The notes under the pieces are model-generated. The model had not been told where the DNA came from. It did not search any database and saw only the letters and a program-made list of their open reading frames with translations. DNA of 64,000 bases from a virus (taxonomy: Duplodnaviria; Caudoviricetes), in the IMG/VR virus record IMGVR_UViG_3300031867_000041, positions 6,544 through 70,543 of that record; one strand, given 5' to 3'. Shown here in pieces: positions 53,185-62,901 of this stretch (positions are counted from its first letter, which is position 1; every line of letters starts with the position of its first letter). A program made the translations under genes and the position numbers.

Positions 53185-53373
53185 GTGAGGCTCAGATACA
53201 CTGTGCGAACTTGCAGTAATCATAAATTATCTGATAGGTTCGCACTGGCATTGGCCGTAATTAAAATGATTTTCATATCTTTAATGCAAATCATTATTGT
53301 TACGGATCACCATACGGGGTACATTTTGCTGATGTGGTAAGGAAATCTCAATCCATTTTTGTGTATTTTTGCT
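53185..53373 (+). promoter_or_regulatory. Leader/tracr-like element B
   Basis: Same inverted repeat (53201, 53238); anti-repeat TCTCAATCCAT at 53346-53356; ends TTTGCT. Confidence 0.7.
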
Positions 53374-53669
53374 GACGCAATACGTACGAGCGTATGGACT
53401 GAGAGATCCAGTAAAATCAAGGATTCCGAGATTTCGAGGACGTAATACGTACGAGCGTATGGACTGAGAGTGGTGTTGACCCTTGATATAACCGGTCCAT
53501 TATGACGTAATGCGTACGAGCGTATGGACTGAGAGGTTCGAGAAATTTCGAGGGTTTTCGAGGAGTGAAAGACGCAATACGTAAGAGCGTATGGACTGAG
53601 AGATATAGTGATATCCGTACAGTTACAAATGTCGCTTGACGCAATACGTACGAGCGTATGGACTGAGAG
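53374..53669 (+). CRISPR. CRISPR array B (5 repeats, 4 spacers)
   Basis: 32-nt GACGCAATACGTACGAGCGTATGGACTGAGAG at 53374, 53439, 53504, 53571, 53638; spacers 33, 33, 35, 35 nt. Confidence 0.95.
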
Positions 53670-53727
53670 GTATATGGTAGCAAAAGACGAGTTCTATAAG
53701 AATATATAATTAAACAAAATATGTTGG

Positions 53728-53917
53728 CGTGAGACTCAACCACGCTGTGCGAAGTATAAGCTAACACATATTTGCAAGTATGTTCGCACTGGCATTGACC
53801 GTAATTTAAATGGTTGCTGTATTTGACAATAACCATTATTGTTGCGGTAGTCATATATAATGTATGTATATTGCTCAATTCGCGGTTGAAATACGGAAAT
53901 ATTTATGTAGTTTTGCT
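53728..53917 (+). promoter_or_regulatory. Leader/tracr-like element C
   Basis: Same inverted repeat (53745, 53782), strongly similar to leader B; anti-repeat CTCAATTCGC at 53874-53883; ends TTTGCT. Confidence 0.7.
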
Positions 53918-54082
53918 GAATCGATATACACATGTATGTGAATTGAGATCCATATTCCGAGGTAGGAGAGTATGATACATCTACGAATCAATATACACAT
54001 GTATGTGAATTGAGATAATTCTATTCGCTTTCTTTTTCCCCCCGTAAGCCGAATCAATATACACACGTATGTGAATTGAAGT
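53918..54082 (+). CRISPR. CRISPR mini-array C (3 repeats, 2 spacers)
   Basis: 32-nt GAATCAATATACACATGTATGTGAATTGAGAT at 53918, 53985, 54051; spacers 35 and 34 nt. Confidence 0.9.
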
Positions 54083-54126
54083 AACTACAAATAATTGTAA
54101 TTCATCAGAAAGGAAGAAAAAACAGC

Positions 54127-55884
54127 ATGAACATCATATTAGGTTTTTTGTTTTTGCTACTTGCCATAACTGTACTAATCTATCTTATCTGTGCAGCTAG
54201 AGCAAGGGATCCGTCAGAAGATGACGAGCAGGCTGAATACCTTCGTGAATGGTATGAGAAACATAAAAAAGACATATAAAATTAAATAAGGAGTGCGCAT
54301 ATGACAACATTGATTCTTTTAGTCATCTGGATTCTGTTAGGATTGTCGTTGGTGTTTTTCGGAAGAGACCAGTATTATCTCTGGGTTGCCGAACAAAAAG
54401 AGGCAAACCGAAGACAAATGTCCGTGAACAATGTAGTTGGAGTTGATAAAAATGAAGTGTCCAATATGCGAAGCTGATATGGCTAGATGGATACAAAGTA
54501 CTCCATCTGGGCTTGTAATTAAAGACGAATGTAAATGTGGGTATTCCACTATATATTACGAAGGGATGGGCTATGGACGCAATAAGAATAATTGTATTAG
54601 TACTACTGGCAATAATCATACTCGGAGGAGTTCTGATATATAAATCGGACGATTCAGATTTTCGTTATGTTAGATGTGTAGACTGTGCAAACTGGGACGG
54701 CAAACAATGTGATCTAGATGAATCTTACTGCGGAACATTTTTCCCAGAAGATTATGAAAGCATTTTGAATATGCCGTTTTACAAAGACAAATCATGTAAC
54801 CAAAAGACCAAGACACAAATTAAAAAGGTGTTAAAAAACATCAACAAGAAAGAAAGTTGAGGTGAATATAAGTGAGACGACGAAAGAAACCCGGCAAGAG
54901 TACCGCCAAGCTAACAAAACGTGATGTGTTGTATAGGTATCTTCAGCCGGAAGATGGACTCCAAAAAATTTCTGAGTTAACGAAAGAGAATAATGGGATG
55001 TAGAAACTAAATGAGGTTTTGGATATTTGTTACGATGCAATAAAAAACTCTTTTGATTTAGACGAAGGTAATAAGTTTCGGATGTCAAAAGAAGAGGCAA
55101 TGTACTATTTGGAACCGCAGTATAGAATGATGAGAATGCTCCAGGTTTTTTCTGCTGGACGTATCTCATTGGCAGTAATTAATAACTTGATGAACACTGC
55201 AAGAGAAGCAATCGAAAAGGATATTGAACTTGAAAATATGATTCGCGACGATGTGCTTCAAGAAATTGCGGATAGTAAAGAGGAGAATGATAATGGCGAG
55301 ACCGGGTAATCAGAATAAAAAGAAAAGGTATGAAAAATATAAGAGTTCTGGTAGGAAGGAAGCGAACAAAGTGCTGAGACAGACCAAAGACGAAAAGCGT
55401 AAAGCGAGGTTTGCAAAGAAAAGAGAAGATGGTAAAGCTTATGAATATAAGCCTAATCCATACGAAAAAGGCAGTAGAGATTACAACATAGAAGCATTTA
55501 TTAGAGCAGAAAAGAATCAGAGTCATAAGACAGAGTACCAAACTGTCGTAAGTACTTTGCGGAAATTGCAAAACGATCTTGATCGAATTGCCAAAGAAGA
55601 AAAGGCAACTATGGACAAGACTAGCGGAAAGGGGAAGAGGCGCCAATCCTCTATAAATAATAACGACGCCCAGTATGAGGACATTGATATGTGAAAAATG
55701 TAATAGAGAAACTCATCGTCCATATATGTGGTGGGACGAAAGCGGATATGGATATTCCACAAAATTATGGAAATGTCGAATCTGCAATGGAATACAGATA
55801 GCGTATATAAAACAAGACAAAGGTTTAGATGTTAACGCTGACGAAAGATTTTATGAATACAATAAGTTTTATGGAGAACAATGA
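54127..55884 (+). other. Cluster of short hypothetical ORFs (membrane peptides, CxxC proteins, basic 140-aa protein)
   Basis: Track ORFs 54437..54643, 54537..54860, 55019..55309, 55251..55694, 55675..55884. Confidence 0.6.
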
Positions 55885-56516
55885 TGGAAAATTATTTTAA
55901 ACAGTTATATGACATAGATGTGAGGTCAAAAACCAAGCAGAAAAATGGACTCAATTATTTGTCATGGGCAGCTGCTTGGGCAGAAGTAAAAAAGATTCAT
56001 CCAGATGCTATCTATACAGTGTACGAAGACATTTTAAGTTTTTGCTCAGACGGAATAACACCTTGGAAGAAAAGACCATGGTTTGATGATGGCAAAACTG
56101 GCTGGGTTAAGACCGGTGTAACAATTAATGGCATTGAGCATATTGAGCAGTTGCCAATTATGGATTTTAAAAATAAGCCGATTCCGGCAGAAAATATTAC
56201 CTCAATAGAGGCGAATAAATCTATTCAGAGATCGCTTACAAAAGCTTGTGCTAGACATGGAGTTGGCTTATATATTTTTGAAGGAGAGGACCTACCTGAA
56301 GAAGCGAAAGAAGTAAATTCTCTTCAGTCAGAAGTTGTAACATTAATCAAAAAGAAATCTGAATTGTCAAAAGCAACAGCAGCAAAAGTTGCAGAGATTT
56401 GCAAAGCGGCTCTTCCAAATGAGAATGGAGATCCGAGACTTTCAGAAGATAACGAGAAGTTAAAAGAATTAAAGAAACAGTTAATGGCGGTGCGCAAAGT
56501 GCCGGACAAGAAATAA
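55881..56516 (+). CDS. Sak-like/DUF1071 single-strand annealing protein
   Basis: GLNYLSWAAAW, QLPIMDFKN, QRSLTKACARHGVGLYIFEGED. Confidence 0.85.
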   Translation: MMENYFKQLYDIDVRSKTKQKNGLNYLSWAAAWAEVKKIHPDAIYTVYEDILSFCSDGITPWKKRPWFDDGKTGWVKTGVTINGIEHIEQLPIMDFKNKPIPAENITSIEANKSIQRSLTKACARHGVGLYIFEGEDLPEEAKEVNSLQSEVVTLIKKKSELSKATAAKVAEICKAALPNENGDPRLSEDNEKLKELKKQLMAVRKVPDKK

Positions 56517-56529
56517 GGAGGAATGTGTA

Positions 56530-56907
56530 ATGGGATTTAAAATTGGCGCATATGCAAAGATTTGGGAAATTAAAAATGTTAATGGTAAAGGGTTTTATCA
56601 GGCAAAAATATCTACAAGTAAGAAAAAGAAAGACGGCAGTTATGAGACAGATTTTTCAGATTATGTAAGCTTTTCTGGAAAGGCTTCTGAGAAAGCAAAA
56701 GAGTTAAAAGGCAATGAGCGCATTCATATTTTAGAGGGCGATACCACAAAAGTTTATTATCAAGATACTGGAAAGACATATTACAATTTTACTATTTATG
56801 ATTTTGAGATTGCCGGAGCAAATAATTCGAATTCAACAGCACAGAATAATAGCAGTGCAATGAATGCTCCAGAAGTAACCGAAGATGAAGATGCTCTGTT
56901 TTCATAA
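56530..56907 (+). CDS. ssb: Single-stranded DNA-binding protein
   Basis: KKDGSYETDF OB-fold motif, acidic C-terminal tail, replication-module position. Confidence 0.75.
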   Translation: MGFKIGAYAKIWEIKNVNGKGFYQAKISTSKKKKDGSYETDFSDYVSFSGKASEKAKELKGNERIHILEGDTTKVYYQDTGKTYYNFTIYDFEIAGANNSNSTAQNNSSAMNAPEVTEDEDALFS

Positions 56908-56922
56908 GTAAGGTGAACGCTT

Positions 56923-58839
56923 TTGAATATTGAAAAAGAGTTAATTCAAAAAGCAAAAGAAAAACTAGGCGATCAGAATGCATTTCTGATCGCCGACATA
57001 CAAAAACTTAAAGGCTTTGACGAAAAGAATCTTAAAGCATTTAGTCCATTAAGAGAAGAAACTGCTCCGTCGTATGTGTATGACAGAAAAAGATTTCGTT
57101 TTAAAGACTTTGGCTCTTCGTCCTATAGCGCAGATATTATTGATGCGTTAATGGAGAAGGGCAAGACATTTCTGGAAGCTTGTCAGTATCTATTCAATCA
57201 AGCTGGCATTCAGTACTCGTTTGGAGAGATGAATGTCAGAACAAAAAGTCAATACAGATATCCACACGAAGAACCATTAAACGAACGGAATAAAGTAAAA
57301 GAGTATCTTGGCAAAAGAGCAATAAGTCCAGAGACGATTGACTACCTAGACATAAGAGAAGATGCCAATGGTAATTGCGTATTTAATTATTATGACAGCA
57401 ACGACACTCTTACTCTTGTGAAATACAGACCGGCTAGAACAGTCAACAAAGCTAATGGAGAAAGTAAAACGTGGTGTCAAAAAGACGCTGACACTTCTCC
57501 ATTGTTGTTCAACATGAACAGAGTTAATTCTGGAAAAGCTTTGCTGATTACAGAAGGTGAGATTGATGCAGCTTCTGCAATCTGTGCCGGATATCTTAAC
57601 ACGGTTTCAGTTCCTTTTGGAGCAGGCAACTTCCATTGGATTGAAGAGAATTGGGACTGGCTTGAGCAGTTTAATGAGATTATTATTTGGGCCGACCTCG
57701 ATGAACCCGGCGAAAAGATGCGCAAAGAGTGTATTTATAGACTTGGTTCTTGGCGTACAAAATATATTCTTACACCGGAGTATTTTGAAAAGGATAATAA
57801 CAAACGTATCAAATTAAATGATATAAATGAATGCCTTCAAGCTGGTGGCAAGGAATTTGTTATGAAACTTATAGGCGAAGCAAAAGATGTCCCAGTGACA
57901 TCTATCATTGACTATAGCGACATAGAAGAATTGGATATGTCTCAAGTTGATGGCATTAAAACAGGTTTGAAACCAGTAGATAATCAGCTGAATAAGTTGT
58001 ATTTCGGAACGGTAACCATTTTATCTGGAAGGCCAGGTAGTGGAAAAACAAGTCTTATTGACCAGACAGCAGCTATGGCTATGGATGCCGACAAACCAGT
58101 ATTTCTTTTCTCTAAAGAGCTTCCTCCAAGACTTTCTGCTAATTGGTTTAACACAATTATAGCCGGAAGAAGAAATCTTAAAGAAATTCAACAAAAAGAT
58201 GGCGGTTCGTATTATATAGTCCCTCAAGATATAAAAGAAAAAATGCAAGAGCATTACAAAAGCAAGCTGTTGATTTATAAGGACTCAGAACCGAATGATT
58301 TTGAATCAGTTTTGAAATCAGCAGAAGAATGTGTAAGAAAATATGGAGCAAAGCTGATCATACTGGATAATCTTATGATGCTTGACTTAAAAAGCTCTGC
58401 TGACAATTTAAACTTGGCGCAGACTGAGTTGATTAACAAACTGATTGGTTTTGCAAGTAAATTTAACGTAGCAGTTGTACTCGTTGCACATCCAAAGAAA
58501 ACAGCTGATATGACAAGTGATGTTTCAATGTATGATATCTCCGGTACATCAAATATTATCAATCTTGCCATTCGAAGTATTGGACTTCGTAGAGTGTCTG
58601 AGAAAGAAAAACAAGATATGAGATGCGAATGGGGAAAATACGATGTTGTATTAACCATTATGAAAGACAGACTGTTTGGTAGACAAGATATACAGATTGG
58701 TTTATGGTATGACATCAGGTCCAGAAGGTTTTATACGGACTACGAGGAGTACGACGCAAAATTTGGTTGGGACGACAGAAATTATTTTTCGCGTTTGGAC
58801 TATGTAGATAGATCGAGGCGTGAAGCGTTCCCCGCATAA
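56923..58839 (+). CDS. Primase-helicase (T7 gp4/Twinkle-like)
   Basis: Toprim ITEGEIDA, WADLDEPG, DINE; helicase GRPGSGKT, IILDNLM, VAHPKK. Confidence 0.9.
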   Translation: MNIEKELIQKAKEKLGDQNAFLIADIQKLKGFDEKNLKAFSPLREETAPSYVYDRKRFRFKDFGSSSYSADIIDALMEKGKTFLEACQYLFNQAGIQYSFGEMNVRTKSQYRYPHEEPLNERNKVKEYLGKRAISPETIDYLDIREDANGNCVFNYYDSNDTLTLVKYRPARTVNKANGESKTWCQKDADTSPLLFNMNRVNSGKALLITEGEIDAASAICAGYLNTVSVPFGAGNFHWIEENWDWLEQFNEIIIWADLDEPGEKMRKECIYRLGSWRTKYILTPEYFEKDNNKRIKLNDINECLQAGGKEFVMKLIGEAKDVPVTSIIDYSDIEELDMSQVDGIKTGLKPVDNQLNKLYFGTVTILSGRPGSGKTSLIDQTAAMAMDADKPVFLFSKELPPRLSANWFNTIIAGRRNLKEIQQKDGGSYYIVPQDIKEKMQEHYKSKLLIYKDSEPNDFESVLKSAEECVRKYGAKLIILDNLMMLDLKSSADNLNLAQTELINKLIGFASKFNVAVVLVAHPKKTADMTSDVSMYDISGTSNIINLAIRSIGLRRVSEKEKQDMRCEWGKYDVVLTIMKDRLFGRQDIQIGLWYDIRSRRFYTDYEEYDAKFGWDDRNYFSRLDYVDRSRREAFPA

Positions 58840-59647
58840 GGATGTGATTTATATAGAAAGCGTTTACAAAGATATATTGGATACCTTGTGGTATTCATTT
58901 TCTACTCTTCATGGGTACGAAGAATGTCCATACTCATTCTATCTGAACAAGATAGAGAAAGAAACTGGTATATCAAATTGTTATGCAGAAGCTGGTGGGT
59001 ATGGACATGAGTTGCTTGAAAGAATATTTACAAAAAAGATAACTCCGCAAGAAGCATTAGAAGAATGTATTTCAAACTTTGAAAACCGTGTGGATATGTC
59101 GGAAGGCCCAATGGACAAGAAGTTTGAGGCTCTCTGTCAGTATCTTGCGAACTTAGACACAGAAGACTTCTTTGACAAGTATGAAGTACTTGGAGTAGAG
59201 AAGAAATTCTTGTGGCAAGTAGACGATATAAACCTTATTGGTTTTGCTGACTTGATTCTTAAGCGCAAATCCGATAACAAGATTATTCTTGCCGATCATA
59301 AATCGTCAGGACATTTCATGAAAGCTGACGGTGTAACACCATTAAAGAATCAGCAAGATAATCTGAAAGCCTATAAAAAGCAAATGTATATGTATGCTGA
59401 TGCTATGCAAAAGCTAATGGGCTTTTATCCAGACATAATCGTCTGGAATCATTTTCTTGATAATGGCAAAAAGACTGTAATTGAATTCAACAAAAGAGAC
59501 CTTGGTACGACTATCAGATGGGTCAAAAGAACTGTTGACAAAATCAAGAAAGACGAAGAATTTAAAAACAAAAAGTCATATATGATGTGCAACGTATTGT
59601 GTAACTATAGAAAAACTTGTGAGTACAATTTGGATGACGAATCATGA
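58820..59647 (+). CDS. PD-(D/E)XK (Cas4/RecB-like) exonuclease
   Basis: ECPY, GFADLI, ADHKS, YMY, C...CNYRKTC. Confidence 0.8.
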   Translation: MKRSPHKDVIYIESVYKDILDTLWYSFSTLHGYEECPYSFYLNKIEKETGISNCYAEAGGYGHELLERIFTKKITPQEALEECISNFENRVDMSEGPMDKKFEALCQYLANLDTEDFFDKYEVLGVEKKFLWQVDDINLIGFADLILKRKSDNKIILADHKSSGHFMKADGVTPLKNQQDNLKAYKKQMYMYADAMQKLMGFYPDIIVWNHFLDNGKKTVIEFNKRDLGTTIRWVKRTVDKIKKDEEFKNKKSYMMCNVLCNYRKTCEYNLDDES

Positions 59648-62600
59648 ATAAAAATTATACGATTTTACATTTGCATAGTATGGATTCAAATCCATATAGT
59701 GGGCTTGAAGTTGACTCCGTAACAAGATTTGAGGATTATATACCGAAGATTAAAGAGTGCGGAATGAAAGCCGTTGCTTTCACAGAACACGGTAGTATGT
59801 TGCATAATGTAGCCAAAAAACAGTTGTGTGAGAAAAACGGTATAAAATTAATTCAGGCCGAAGAGTTTTATATAACAGAGAAACATGACGAAGAAAATCC
59901 GGTAAGAGATAATTATCATTGTCTGTTGTTTGCAAAGAATAAAGCTGGAGTAGAAGAGTTGCTTCAGCTTTCAACCATAGCATTCGAACCGGATCATAAA
60001 TATTATAACCCAAGAATATCATTAGAGGAATTGGAAAACACTTCTGACAACATCTTGGTTTTGACCGGATGTGTAGCCGGCATGCTGTGTAAAGGTACTC
60101 CAGAAGTACAACAAAGGTTTTCTGATTTCATAATGAAGAACAAGCATCGCGTCTGGTTGGAGATTCAGCCGCATAACTTTGATTTACAGAAAAAATACAA
60201 TCAGTTTCTTGTCAAGCAGTCACAAAAGTACGGACTTAAATTAATTGCTACCAGTGATATCCACGCTTTGACGGAAGACCATTTGCTTGGTCGTAAGATA
60301 ATGCAACAAGCTAAGTTGAAAGAACCATTCACTGACGAAGATGGTTGTAATCTTTTATTCCAAGACTATGATAGTATGGTCGATTCTTTCTGGCAACAAG
60401 GTGTAGTTCCTAAAGAGATTTTTCTGGATGCACTAGAAGAAACAAATAGATTTGCTGATTTGATCGAAGACTATGAATTAGACTATAGTAATAAGTATCC
60501 AAGAAGACAGAATGCAGAAGAAGAATTTAAGAGAAGAATCAAATCTGGAATTAAAGAACGTGGCATAGACAAGCTTACAAATTACAAAACGGATTATGTG
60601 CCACGTATCAAGGAAGAATTTGAGACCTACAAAAAGAATGATGCCATTGACTTTATGCTGCTCGATTCCGATTATAAGAACTGGATGAGAGAGAATAATA
60701 AGCATTACGGCCCATCCAGAGGATCCGTCTCTGGAAGTATCATAGCATATCTGCTGCATAATACAGATGTTGACTCGATTAAATATGACTTGAATTTCTC
60801 CAGGTTTATGAATCCAGAGAGAGCAAGTCTAGCAGATATTGATACCGACATATATGATGACGACAGATATCAGGTTAGAGAGTATTTCTTTAGCAGAGAC
60901 GATTTGTACTGCTGCAACATTCTAACCTACAACACAATCAAAATGAAAAGCGCTATTAAAGACATAGGTAGAGCGCTTGGATATACTCCGGCAGAAACAC
61001 AAGAGTTGTCAAACCAAGTTATTACCAATGACAAAGGCGAAGAGGTTTTGCCACAAAAAGTAATTGAAGAATATCCAGAGTTGTACAAGTATGTAAAGAT
61101 TGTAATTGGGACGATTACATCTCTTGGAAGACACGCCGCCGGAATTGTGTGCAGCCCTATAGATTTAGGAAAAACATTTGGAACTCTTCACATCAAATCC
61201 GATCCAAGACCAGTAAGTCAGATAGACATGCATGAGATTGATTCGCTTAACTTTGTCAAGATGGACTTGCTTGGGCTAAACGCTATTGGTCTTATTGACC
61301 AAGCGTGTAAACTTGCAAACATTCCGTTTAGAACAATGGATAATACTGATATGAGCGACGAAAAAGTTATCCGTTCAATTTCGGAAGATACAACAATGAT
61401 TTTCCAGTTTGAATCTGGTTTTGCAAGTGATTGTTTAAAAAGGATGTTGTCCGAAAAAACTCTTGCCAAGATTAAAGAAAAGAATCCAGATGTATCCTAT
61501 TTGGATTTGTTTAGTATGGTTAACGGAGTTATTCGTCCGGCCGGTGAGTCTTTTAGAAATCAAATGCTTTCTGGAGAATACAGAGATAATGGCAACGAGG
61601 CTTTGAACAAATTCCTTGCGCCAACACTTGGATATCTGACATACCAAGAGCAGATCATAGACTTCTTGCATGATTTCTGCGGATTCACAATGGGACAGGC
61701 TGATATTGTCCGAAGAGGTTTTGCTAAGAAGAGCGGAACTGACAAGTTTATTCCAATAATAAAAGATGGCGGATATTTACAAGATATTCATGGAAATAAA
61801 GATGACAGATATATAAAAGGTTTTGTTAAGATCGCACAAGAAAAATACTCTATGTCGAAAGAAGAAGCGGAGCAAGTTATTATTTATTTTCTAAAAGTCA
61901 TAGATGATGCGAGTTCATATCTTTTCTCAAAGAACCATGCTGTTCCATATAGTGCGATTGGTTTGTTTATAGGCTGGCTGAGATACTACTATCCTTTGGA
62001 GTTGTTTACTGCTGCCTTGAATATCTATAAAGACAATGCCAAAAAGATGAGTAATATTATAGCCTATATCAAGTCCAGAGGCATTCAGATAAAGCCAATA
62101 CGTTTTGGGAAATCTCGTTCCAGTTACTTTATGGATAAAGATGAGAATTGTATTTATCAAGGTATAGAATCTATAAAAGATTGTAGTGAAGACATGGCGG
62201 AAGATTTGTTCGCTCTTGGTGAGAAACACTATGATAATTTTATAGATTTATTAAAAGATATCAAAGACACAAGTGTTAAGAAAAACCAGCTGGATATCCT
62301 GATTAAGCTCGAATACTTCAGAGATTTCGGAGATGTTGGATATCTGCTGATGTGCAGAGATATCTTTGATAAATATAATGGCAGGTCACAGATCAGAAAA
62401 GATGCTGCTTTTGAAGACAAGATTGATTTCGATCTGCTTAGAGAGTGCTCCAAGAAAGAAACTCCTAAGATGTTTACTGGCCTTGACGCCGATAAACTTG
62501 TAAGCAGTCTTGTGGAACAGGTCCCGAAATTCACGACTCCTTTAAAAACAAAGATTATGTATCAGGATGAGTTGTTGGGATTTATAAATATCATAGACAA

Positions 62601-62877
62601 AAAATATAAGAGCGTATGCTATGTAACTGACATTTCAACAAAATATACGCCGAAAGCAAGCTTATATGCTTTGGCAAACGGTGGTATTATACAAGTAAAA
62701 ATTCCAAAGAAGGACTTTGATAAGAATATGTTCGTCAAAGGTGACATCATAAAGATTAAGCCATACGGTTACAACAAAAGACCAAAGAGTGCATTGGTTG
62801 ATGGACATTGGGTCAAGTCAGAGACAGAAACAGAGTGGTGGCTGTACGATTATGATGTTTTGGATGATTTGGAATAA
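59644..62877 (+). CDS. dnaE: DNA polymerase III alpha subunit
   Basis: PHP domain (HLH, TEHG), SRGSVSGS, DIDTD, GRHAAG, KMDLLGL, YLFSKNHAVPY. Confidence 0.95.
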   Translation: MNKNYTILHLHSMDSNPYSGLEVDSVTRFEDYIPKIKECGMKAVAFTEHGSMLHNVAKKQLCEKNGIKLIQAEEFYITEKHDEENPVRDNYHCLLFAKNKAGVEELLQLSTIAFEPDHKYYNPRISLEELENTSDNILVLTGCVAGMLCKGTPEVQQRFSDFIMKNKHRVWLEIQPHNFDLQKKYNQFLVKQSQKYGLKLIATSDIHALTEDHLLGRKIMQQAKLKEPFTDEDGCNLLFQDYDSMVDSFWQQGVVPKEIFLDALEETNRFADLIEDYELDYSNKYPRRQNAEEEFKRRIKSGIKERGIDKLTNYKTDYVPRIKEEFETYKKNDAIDFMLLDSDYKNWMRENNKHYGPSRGSVSGSIIAYLLHNTDVDSIKYDLNFSRFMNPERASLADIDTDIYDDDRYQVREYFFSRDDLYCCNILTYNTIKMKSAIKDIGRALGYTPAETQELSNQVITNDKGEEVLPQKVIEEYPELYKYVKIVIGTITSLGRHAAGIVCSPIDLGKTFGTLHIKSDPRPVSQIDMHEIDSLNFVKMDLLGLNAIGLIDQACKLANIPFRTMDNTDMSDEKVIRSISEDTTMIFQFESGFASDCLKRMLSEKTLAKIKEKNPDVSYLDLFSMVNGVIRPAGESFRNQMLSGEYRDNGNEALNKFLAPTLGYLTYQEQIIDFLHDFCGFTMGQADIVRRGFAKKSGTDKFIPIIKDGGYLQDIHGNKDDRYIKGFVKIAQEKYSMSKEEAEQVIIYFLKVIDDASSYLFSKNHAVPYSAIGLFIGWLRYYYPLELFTAALNIYKDNAKKMSNIIAYIKSRGIQIKPIRFGKSRSSYFMDKDENCIYQGIESIKDCSEDMAEDLFALGEKHYDNFIDLLKDIKDTSVKKNQLDILIKLEYFRDFGDVGYLLMCRDIFDKYNGRSQIRKDAAFEDKIDFDLLRECSKKETPKMFTGLDADKLVSSLVEQVPKFTTPLKTKIMYQDELLGFINIIDKKYKSVCYVTDISTKYTPKASLYALANGGIIQVKIPKKDFDKNMFVKGDIIKIKPYGYNKRPKSALVDGHWVKSETETEWWLYDYDVLDDLE

Positions 62878-62901
62878 TAATGAAAGGGTATTAAATTAAA
62901 T

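Noticed and set aside
58820-59647. Cas4-like nuclease as part of the CRISPR system
   Set aside because: It overlaps the primase-helicase and dnaE in the replication operon, about 4.7 kb from the arrays. Such nucleases are common stand-alone phage genes.
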